Below, one piece after another: positions 8,325-15,400 of a DNA stretch of 64,000 nucleotides. The number at the start of each line of letters is the position of its first letter. The first letter of the stretch is position 1. The notes under the pieces are model-generated. The model saw only the letters and a list, made by a program, of their open reading frames with translations, searched no databases and was not told the origin of the DNA. The translations under genes and the position numbers were made by a program. The stretch comes from Bacteroidales bacterium (GTDB taxonomy: Bacteria > Bacteroidota > Bacteroidia > Bacteroidales > UBA932): the NCBI GenBank assembly GCA_017962375.1, contig JAGCVJ010000014.1, positions 42,790 through 106,789 on the forward strand. The letters are read 5' to 3'.

Positions 8325-11246
8325 CTATTCGGCATTAACTCCCCAAACTACAAAACGTTTCCCTGTTGTTGCTGTAAGAGTCAATTGCTTATCCTGAGTC
8401 ATACCAGAAAGCGATATCTCAAAATAGTAATTTGCAGGTGCTCCACTCAAAGTAAATGGAGTATTATTACTGATTCCAGCATCACTAGTCAAAGACAAAA
8501 CAGATGGTGTTGCATCAACACCAGACAAAGTAATCTTGACTGTTTCGTTATTCCAAGCAGCGATATGAACATGAAGTTTGGTTGTTCCAGAAGGAACAGT
8601 AATTATCATTGCGCCAGCCTTACTGCTTGTTCCACACTTTATTGCATTATATTCGGTATTTGAAATAACAACTTTTGCTGCAGTTGCACTAGTTCCACCG
8701 CTAGTGCTTAGTGTTACATTACTTGTATTAATATCAGAATAATCCCCACCTGCCTCTGAGTCAAACCTTGCTGCTATAGAAACATCTGACGTTCCCATAG
8801 TGAAAGTAGCAGTTTCAGTGTTTCCGCTTACGGTAGCTCCAGAAACTGTCCAGCTAGTAAAGTTGTAGCCAGAAGCTGGAGTTGCAGTAAGGGTAACTAC
8901 TGTACCTTCCAAAACTTCAGTTCCTGAAGATATGGCAGAACCATTAACCTTTACGGTGAATGAGCCTCCAGCTGATGGCTGAGTAAATGTAACAGCATGT
9001 GCAGTAGGAGTATGGGCTTGGGTAATGGTAATGCCATCGGTAGACCAAACCTTTATCTGGTCATTGTTGTTATACCATGCTATAGTTCCCACTGCAGTAA
9101 TAACATCTCCTTCGGCAAGTCCGGAAGGAACTCCTGCGGCAGCATAAACCACATATGTATTGCTTCCATTCTTGACAGAAATGTTCTTATCGTTAATTCC
9201 GGTCACCTCAAGGTCATTGACCTGAACATATGCACTCTGATATGTACTGAGATTCCCAACAAGCTGAGAGAGTGTGAATACCTGAGGAGCTACCGTTGCC
9301 TGCGAACCGGTAAAGTTGGCAGTCAGGGCTGTGATTTCAGCACAATTGTGGTACATCGTAGCTGTTACGGTTATTGGACCTGACAATGTCTGACCCTGTA
9401 GCAAACCATGATCTGTTACAAAAACCAATGTAGAACCTGTAGCGTCTTTGATTACTGCATTCTTTGTATCAGGAACAAATGAAATTACTGCATTGGTAAG
9501 AGTTCCGGAATAATCACCTGCAGTAGCTGCCAGAGCGTTGAGTTGGGCAACTGTGGTGAAATCTGAACCAGGAGTGCTTACTTCACACTCTTTCTCTGCG
9601 ATATCACTCATGTTATAACCTGGAGCTCCGGCAAATGCCTTGACTGTGCAAGTTTCAGTGATTGTAAACGGCTCAGTATATTCCTGAGTAGTTCCGATAG
9701 GATTACCGTCATCATCGATACCAGGAGTAGTTCCATCAGTGGTATAGCCGATTCTTGCACCTGATGCGGAGCAAGTGATGGTAACGGTATTCGTTGAAGA
9801 ATTGAACGATATTTCTGGAGTTGGACACTTAGGATCATCAATCAGAGATGAGCCTTCTCCACTTCCTTCGAGTACATATACAACAACTTCCTTCTGACCA
9901 GAAGCATAGCAAGAGAAGATTGGAGGATTATTGCCGCTATTGTATTTAATAATATTACGAGTATTTTCCCCGCTAGCTTTCAATACGGTATAACCATCCT
10001 CAATTGTTACGCTGAAAGAAGCATTTCCATCCTTGGTGTCCTGACTCTTAAGATAATTTGAACCAGAACTTGCAGCATAAATATACTTATCTGTCTGATC
10101 ACCGTTTACGCACTTGAATGCAACTGTGTTGGATTCAGTACCGGCCTCAAGAGTGAATATCTGAACAGCATCGCCAGGATTGGTAATAGTTTTAAGATCT
10201 TCGCTCTTATCAACATCAGTATGAGCTCTATTATTACCATTCTGAGTAGTGCTCATTGCTTTTGCATAATCCTTAGCAACAATTATTGCCTTTGCACCAG
10301 GAAGCAATTGCTTCTTGTCAGTGAGGATTTTATAAACCTTGTCTTCTCCAGGAGTGATGCCTGCCATGCTGATTGTAAATGTAGCAACTTTTCCAGCCAG
10401 GAAGTTACCCTTACCGGTAGGGAATGTGATGGTCTTTGCATATACTCCAGCATCTGTATGAACAGCAACCTTAAGAGTCTTACCCTCCAGATTTACAGGC
10501 TTAAATGAAAACCAGAAATCGGTGGTGTTATTCTTATCTATCTCAAGGTCTGAAACATCAAGATTAACGCTGTTGCCAGCAGAATTTACTTCATAAGACC
10601 CGTCTGAAGGTTTGAAACGGAATCTTCCTGCAACCTGCTCCTGTGCGGTAAGCTCAATGCTGTTGATTGTAACAGTTTCAGGCAGGTTCCTGAACTGGAA
10701 CTTACCATAAGCAGCAATGTGAGAGAAAATCAGTGTAACAGGAGTAGTCTCCTCTGGGAACTCAGAGAATGTAGCTGACTTGGCCGCCATTATATGAGCC
10801 TTTTCATCAACGGAATTCAGGGTTGGTTTCTGTGATGCTGGGAAGTCAACCTGAACGTTGCTGTTATCTGCATTTGCATTCCAGTTTATCACTGAAGCAG
10901 CAGGGCTTAAGGCATAGAAAACATAACTATCCTGTCCGTCATCTTCAATGGTAGCATTGAAAGTAGCGGTTTTACCATCTGAGCTAGGAGTTACCTCTGC
11001 CTGCTTAGCAGAACCGAAGTTAAGGGAAATGCTAACCTTCTCGTTTTCTGTCCAAACGGTAGGATAACCAGCATCTGTCTTGTCGCCGAAAGCGGTCTTG
11101 GTGGAAGGATTGGAAGCCTTTGCACTGAAAGAGATCTTCTTTACAGATTTTTCAGGAAGGTTCTCAACAGTCTCGTTTTTGCTGCAGCTTGCCAGTGTCA
11201 GACCAGCTATGGCAGCAAGGCATAAGTAATTAAAGAACTTTTTCAT
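8325..11246 (-). CDS. Modular surface lipoprotein E, the largest: pilin-like N-domain, mid module, CHB_HEX_C-like segment, OB-fold-like (DUF5689-type) module, InlB-B-repeat-like module, C-terminal module
   Basis: ORF track, 973 aa. Lipobox LASC followed by SKNETVEN. Segments: ARIGYTTDGTTPG..TVKAFA; DFTTVAQLNAL..VIKDATGS..IKVWSTDGITI; HAVTFTQPSAGGSF..GYNFTSWTVSGATVSGN. Confidence 0.85.
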   Translation of the reverse strand: MKKFFNYLCLAAIAGLTLASCSKNETVENLPEKSVKKISFSAKASNPSTKTAFGDKTDAGYPTVWTENEKVSISLNFGSAKQAEVTPSSDGKTATFNATIEDDGQDSYVFYALSPAASVINWNANADNSNVQVDFPASQKPTLNSVDEKAHIMAAKSATFSEFPEETTPVTLIFSHIAAYGKFQFRNLPETVTINSIELTAQEQVAGRFRFKPSDGSYEVNSAGNSVNLDVSDLEIDKNNTTDFWFSFKPVNLEGKTLKVAVHTDAGVYAKTITFPTGKGNFLAGKVATFTISMAGITPGEDKVYKILTDKKQLLPGAKAIIVAKDYAKAMSTTQNGNNRAHTDVDKSEDLKTITNPGDAVQIFTLEAGTESNTVAFKCVNGDQTDKYIYAASSGSNYLKSQDTKDGNASFSVTIEDGYTVLKASGENTRNIIKYNSGNNPPIFSCYASGQKEVVVYVLEGSGEGSSLIDDPKCPTPEISFNSSTNTVTITCSASGARIGYTTDGTTPGIDDDGNPIGTTQEYTEPFTITETCTVKAFAGAPGYNMSDIAEKECEVSTPGSDFTTVAQLNALAATAGDYSGTLTNAVISFVPDTKNAVIKDATGSTLVFVTDHGLLQGQTLSGPITVTATMYHNCAEITALTANFTGSQATVAPQVFTLSQLVGNLSTYQSAYVQVNDLEVTGINDKNISVKNGSNTYVVYAAAGVPSGLAEGDVITAVGTIAWYNNNDQIKVWSTDGITITQAHTPTAHAVTFTQPSAGGSFTVKVNGSAISSGTEVLEGTVVTLTATPASGYNFTSWTVSGATVSGNTETATFTMGTSDVSIAARFDSEAGGDYSDINTSNVTLSTSGGTSATAAKVVISNTEYNAIKCGTSSKAGAMIITVPSGTTKLHVHIAAWNNETVKITLSGVDATPSVLSLTSDAGISNNTPFTLSGAPANYYFEISLSGMTQDKQLTLTATTGKRFVVWGVNAE

Positions 11247-11252
11247 TTTAAT

Positions 11253-11258
11253 TCCTCC
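11253..11258 (-). promoter_or_regulatory. Shine-Dalgarno-like GGAGGA, 6 nt before the ATG of lipoprotein E
   Basis: Minus strand TTTAAAATTTACAGGAGGAATTAAAATGAAAAAG. Confidence 0.5.
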
Positions 11259-11266
11259 TGTAAATT

Positions 11267-11410
11267 TTAAAGATCACCCCAGTCTTCCTCTGGTGAAGGG
11301 TCTACCTCGTCGCCAGAACTCATAGTAGTAATGGCGCCTTCCAAATTGATAGAGTATACTTTGCACTGTGGTGCAAGATACTCTTCTGATTTGATGAACT
11401 TGAGTTGCAT
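11267..11410 (-). CDS. Small acidic ORF E-prime (47 aa)
   Basis: Hand translation: MQLKFIKSEEYLAPQCKVYSINLEGAITTMSSGDEVDPSPEEDWGDL. Starts only 35 nt after the stop of lipoprotein F, with no hairpin between them. Confidence 0.6.
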   Translation of the reverse strand: MQLKFIKSEEYLAPQCKVYSINLEGAITTMSSGDEVDPSPEEDWGDL

Positions 11411-11445
11411 TGTGTCTGTTATTTAATTTTTAGCTAAAAATATAA

Positions 11446-13611
11446 TTATTCAAATGTAACCTTGATGCCCTTAATACGTCTGTGTCCTGTAGTTCCGGTT
11501 ACTGTAAATGTAACAGCGCTAGAAGATCCAGTCCAAACACCAGTAGAATTATTATAAGTTACAACATCAGTAGAAATAGCATTTGATCCGTCACCAGAAC
11601 CGAAGGTAAGCTCAATCATGCTTATCTTCTTGCTAGAGTCGTTAGCGGTAACAGTGAAGTAGCCGCCACCGTAAACTCTTACAGCAGTTCCTGTAGTGTA
11701 GTATTTAGGAGTGTTGCTGTTGGTACCCTTGTCAAATGTGACAGTTGCATTGGTGCCTGTTACGGTCTTTACTTCCTGTGCATTTGAATAACCTGTAGAC
11801 AAGTCAAAGGTCTCGGTGAGAACGCTTGAAGACTCAAGGTTAGCTACAATGTTGATGTCAGCAGTACCTACCTTGAAGGTTACAACATGGGAAGTGGTGC
11901 TGCTGAGATTTACTGCATTGGTAATGCTCCAGGTGGTGAAGTTATAACCGCCAGTCAATACTATCTCGGCCTTTACTTCAGTGCCTTCAATATACTTGGC
12001 GCCTGAAGTGATTTCAGTTCCGCCAACAGTTACTTTGATAGAACCGCCGGCTTCCGGCTGGGTAAAGTTGATGGCGTGCTCTGTTGGAGTGTGCTCGGTA
12101 ATGGTTAAGTCATCAGCCTTCCAAACCTTGAGCTCTTTGAATACAGTATCGTCCTTCTTAAACTGTGTAACGGTTCCGATTACTGTAATCTTATCACCTA
12201 CAACACAGGTTGGAGTGCCATAGTTGCAGTATACGATGAAACCGGTATACTCTCCATCTGTAACGGTAACGTTCTTTCCATCAACAGCAGTAACTTCAAC
12301 ATTTTCAAGCTTAGCGTATGTGTTCTGATAAGTATTATACTGCCAGCCCATATTGAAGATAGTCAATACCTGAGGATCAACTACAGCGCCTTCACCAGTG
12401 AATGTGGCATCCATGGTGGTGATCTCAGAATAGAGGCTCTGGTAATTCTGGAGGGTAACTGTGATGTTGCCGGTATAGGTCTGGCCCTGCTTCAAGCCGT
12501 GGCCGGACTTGTAGTACATAACTGAACCTGTTCCGTCTGTAATGATGGCAACAGTAGTATTAGGAACAAATGAAACAACTGCATTGGTGAGCTTACCTGT
12601 CTTGGATGTTGGGGTTTCGCCAACTTCATCAGCAAGTTCGTTGAGCTCTGCAACAGTTGTGAAGTCGAAAGTTTCGAGAGTCTTGTCGTAAGCGAAAGCT
12701 ATCTTCTTCATCTTGCCAGCCTTGAACTCATAGTCCTTGTCTGCAGAGATAACCTTTTCCTGAGCTCCGTTGGATGCGGTAACGGTGATGGTGAAGTCAT
12801 CGCCTTCGTTAACAACGAAAGGCTTAACTGCAAGATAGAAAGTGGCCTTTTCGCCTGCTGCTATTGCCTCGCCGCTGTTTACAACCAGGTTAGCTACGTT
12901 GCTTACATAGGTTTCGCCGCTTGGGGTGAAGCCAGGATTGTAAGGATCTGTGAAATCGATGTAGTAGGTACCTACGATATCAACTCCGTCGGCTGTGATG
13001 GAAATGCCGGAAACTGTAATAGCTTCTCCTTTCTTTGTAGCGTTCTCAACCTCAACCTCAATAAGAGAGGAAAGATGCCTCATCTGGATAACAGGCCTTT
13101 CGTCGCCAGAAATTTTAGATGCTACACCTGCGATAGGATAGTTGTTGCCGGAAATATGAGCAGTGCTGTTGTTGCCCTTCTGAGTCTGGTTGCCCTTTGC
13201 GGTGGATCCTACAGTCACATAACCTGCAGATGTGTTGGCAGGAGTGGTGATCTGCTTTGTGTAAGGATAGAAAGCGTACCAGTTGTAGGTCTTGGTTTCA
13301 TCAAAGCTGGCATCAAGGGTTCCTGTGAAGGTGGCGGTTGCGCCTGCAGCTGATGTCTTGAACTGGCCGTCGCTGACATAAGCAGGAGTATCCTCGCCAG
13401 CAACATTGTGGAACAGGTTGATAGCGTCATTGGCAGCCCACAGCGTCTTCATGCCGTCATTGGTGGTCTTGGTGTTGACGCCGTTAAGAGTTACTGAGAA
13501 ATCGGTCTTCTCGATTTCCTTCATTCCGGTATCGTTCTTAGAACATCCGGTGAATGCAATGGCAGCTACTGCCAAAGCACTCAAAACGTAAGATTTGAAT
13601 TTCTTTGTCAT
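11446..13611 (-). CDS. Modular surface lipoprotein F: divergent pilin-like N-domain, OB-fold-like module, InlB-B-repeat-like module, C-terminal module
   Basis: ORF track, 721 aa. Lipobox FTGC followed by SKNDTG. Segments: NTKTTNDGMKTLWAANDAINLF, YAFYPY, MRHLSSLIEVEV; FTTVAELNEL..AIITDGTGS..LKVWKADDLTI; HAINFTQPEAGGS..GYNFTTWSI; C-terminus PKYYTTGTAVRVYGGG. Confidence 0.85.
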   Translation of the reverse strand: MTKKFKSYVLSALAVAAIAFTGCSKNDTGMKEIEKTDFSVTLNGVNTKTTNDGMKTLWAANDAINLFHNVAGEDTPAYVSDGQFKTSAAGATATFTGTLDASFDETKTYNWYAFYPYTKQITTPANTSAGYVTVGSTAKGNQTQKGNNSTAHISGNNYPIAGVASKISGDERPVIQMRHLSSLIEVEVENATKKGEAITVSGISITADGVDIVGTYYIDFTDPYNPGFTPSGETYVSNVANLVVNSGEAIAAGEKATFYLAVKPFVVNEGDDFTITVTASNGAQEKVISADKDYEFKAGKMKKIAFAYDKTLETFDFTTVAELNELADEVGETPTSKTGKLTNAVVSFVPNTTVAIITDGTGSVMYYKSGHGLKQGQTYTGNITVTLQNYQSLYSEITTMDATFTGEGAVVDPQVLTIFNMGWQYNTYQNTYAKLENVEVTAVDGKNVTVTDGEYTGFIVYCNYGTPTCVVGDKITVIGTVTQFKKDDTVFKELKVWKADDLTITEHTPTEHAINFTQPEAGGSIKVTVGGTEITSGAKYIEGTEVKAEIVLTGGYNFTTWSITNAVNLSSTTSHVVTFKVGTADINIVANLESSSVLTETFDLSTGYSNAQEVKTVTGTNATVTFDKGTNSNTPKYYTTGTAVRVYGGGYFTVTANDSSKKISMIELTFGSGDGSNAISTDVVTYNNSTGVWTGSSSAVTFTVTGTTGHRRIKGIKVTFE

Positions 13612-13622
13612 AACTGCTGATT

Positions 13623-13775
13623 TTAAGCATTCATAGGATCACCATCGTCTTCCCAGTCATCAATTGTGCCGTCTCCGCTGGCACAGATAATTCCCTCTGA
13701 CTCGAGGTCCAGGAATTCGATCTCAGGAGTCTCATAGAACTCCTTGATTCTCTGAACAGTAAAGTTTTTCTTCAT
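13623..13775 (-). CDS. Small acidic ORF F-prime (50 aa)
   Basis: Hand translation: MKKNFTVQRIKEFYETPEIEFLDLESEGIICASGDGTIDDWEDDGDPMNA. Stop lies 11 nt before the ATG of lipoprotein F. Confidence 0.5.
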   Translation of the reverse strand: MKKNFTVQRIKEFYETPEIEFLDLESEGIICASGDGTIDDWEDDGDPMNA

Positions 13776-13834
13776 AATATGTTAATGTTGTAATAATTCT
13801 ACTGCGCTCCGGGGGCAATACCCCATAGAGCATT

Positions 13835-13842
13835 CAAAGTTA
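13835..13842 (-). promoter_or_regulatory. Exact TAnnTTTG -7 box (TAACTTTG) upstream of F-prime, at the head of the array
   Basis: Minus strand TTCATAACTTTGAATGC, 59 nt upstream of the F-prime ATG. A short GGGG..CCCC hairpin lies in the leader. Confidence 0.5.
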
Positions 13843-13989
13843 TGAAATAAAACAATACTCTACGAGTATTTTTTCAAGAAAACGCAAAAAAAGTTCAGCT
13901 TTTGAGGAAAAAGCGGAAATGAGAAGGAAAAAAGATGAAAGATGATAAAAGTAAGGAAGAAGGAAGGGCGTGGAGATAAAGAGGCGGTA

Positions 13990-14487
13990 TCAGAAGCAGT
14001 ACACGATAATGTAGTACATCATGAAGCCGCAGGAGATGAGCTTGAGAAGGGTGCCGCAGACAAAGCCCGCAAAAGCGCCAAGAGCGGGAACTATGCTCTG
14101 GCCTGCTTTTTTGCCGGAGAAGGCGGCCTCGCAGACGAAGGCTCCTATCATAGGGCCTATGATTATCCCGATGGGGGCGAAGAACAGGCCCACCAGAACC
14201 CCTGCCAGAGCGCCTCTGGAAGCGTATTTGCTGCCTCCAGATGCCTTGGTGAGGTAGGAAGGGACCAGGTAGTCCAGAACCGTAACCACAGCCATGATGG
14301 CCATCCAGATTAGAAGCAGGCGGGTGGACATGGTGTTGCCCGCAGAGTCTGTGCCCTTGCCCCAGAAGTAAAGGACCACCATTCCCAGCCAGGAGATAGG
14401 AGGGCCGGGAATGACCGGAAGCACGCATCCGATGATGCCGAGCAGTCCGAGGAATATTGCAAGAGCTATGATGACGTATGAGAGCAT
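13990..14487 (-). CDS. DUF456-like membrane protein
   Basis: Track ORF 13990..14559. The internal ATG at 14487 (MLSYVIIALAIFLG..) avoids overlap with the upstream gene. LPVIPGPP and GGSKYASRGALAGVLVG patterns are present. Confidence 0.65.
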   Translation of the reverse strand: MLSYVIIALAIFLGLLGIIGCVLPVIPGPPISWLGMVVLYFWGKGTDSAGNTMSTRLLLIWMAIMAVVTVLDYLVPSYLTKASGGSKYASRGALAGVLVGLFFAPIGIIIGPMIGAFVCEAAFSGKKAGQSIVPALGAFAGFVCGTLLKLISCGFMMYYIIVYCF

Positions 14488-14503
14488 CTGCGTTGGGTTT
14501 AGG

Positions 14504-15394
14504 TTAGTCTCGGCCTTTGTACGGATAGTCTTTGAGGTTGATGTTGCACCAGGCGTCAATCAGCTCGTTGTCCTTGCTCTTGAGGGCTTTCTTGTAAAGG
14601 TCGCGGATGATCTTCATGTAGTTCAGGGAGCGTCCTTCGCGGAAGGAGCTGACCCCAACGTCTTCTGTTCCGCCCCAGCTGTAGTACATCTCTCTGGTGG
14701 TGGAGCAGATGCGGGCAAAAGAGCCTGTGTAAGGCTTGAGGTCTGAGTCGGTGAGGTCAAGGTAGAACTGGAGCTGCTCCTCTGTGCACTCGGCAAGCTG
14801 CTCGTCGCCGGCCTTCATCTTAGGGTCTGCAACATAAACGGTTATGCCGTCTTTGAAGACGTATGGCTCATAGTAGCCTGCGGTGTACATATCTTCGTAA
14901 ACCACTCCCCTGACGGCAAACTGGGCGCCGCTCTGCCAGCGGATGAAACGAGTTAAGGTGTTGGTGTACTGGTAGTCCAGGCTGTGGACGGTTTTCCAGC
15001 AGGCGGAAATCACCCAGTAGGCAAGCTGCTCGGCAGAAGGCATCAGAAGATAGACTCTGCCTTTTTTCGGCTTGCCGGTCTTGATGTCCTTTCCCGTATA
15101 GTAAGTGTACTCCTCCACAGGATAGCCCTCCCAGCCGGGAACGTCATAGTGGGTGGTTACATACTCCCCTTTCATGTAGGCGGCCTTGAGGACTGTCTCG
15201 CAGCGGGCTATAAGAGTCTGGAGGCTGTCTTTGACATACTGCTTTACTGCCTTGTCCTTGAACGGGTTCATCTTGCGGAGCTTCTCCACCTTCTGTCCGT
15301 TGGTGGCGAGCAGGTCCTTGTCCTGGGCCGAGGCGCCGGACTGGATGCCGCAGAGGATGATCGCGATAATAAATATGCTGGCTATCCGCTTCAT
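14504..15394 (-). CDS. Secreted hypothetical protein
   Basis: ORF track, 296 aa. Signal peptide MKRIASIFIIAIILCGIQSGASA. No family recognised. Confidence 0.7.
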   Translation of the reverse strand: MKRIASIFIIAIILCGIQSGASAQDKDLLATNGQKVEKLRKMNPFKDKAVKQYVKDSLQTLIARCETVLKAAYMKGEYVTTHYDVPGWEGYPVEEYTYYTGKDIKTGKPKKGRVYLLMPSAEQLAYWVISACWKTVHSLDYQYTNTLTRFIRWQSGAQFAVRGVVYEDMYTAGYYEPYVFKDGITVYVADPKMKAGDEQLAECTEEQLQFYLDLTDSDLKPYTGSFARICSTTREMYYSWGGTEDVGVSSFREGRSLNYMKIIRDLYKKALKSKDNELIDAWCNINLKDYPYKGRD

Positions 15395-15400
15395 TTGCTG

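Larger units (their letters stand above)
1881..13775 (-). repeat. Tandem array of six small-ORF plus lipoprotein cassettes (gene-level repeat with module shuffling)
   Basis: Recurrent junction GATCTTTAAAAT..GGAGGAAT.AAAATG in B-E. N-domains are paralogous. Terminators lie between cassettes. Confidence 0.8.

Noticed and set aside
1881-13775. Small ORFs as RiPP or bacteriocin precursors
   Set aside because: The locus has no radical SAM or other maturase, no peptidase-containing ABC exporter and no double-Gly leader. The peptides are acidic rather than cationic or hydrophobic. The possibility cannot be excluded if the modifying enzymes are encoded elsewhere.
2004-13990. Invertible-promoter (fimbrial-switch style) phase variation of the cassettes
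   Set aside because: I looked for inverted repeats bracketing the -7 boxes and found only the terminator hairpins and very short palindromes. No recombinase gene is nearby.
13895-14428. Alternative ORFs overlapping the DUF456 gene (13895..14428 minus, 13942..14313 plus)
   Set aside because: Their products are Arg/Gly/His-rich low-complexity sequences. The chosen frame gives a coherent four-helix membrane protein with DUF456-like motifs.
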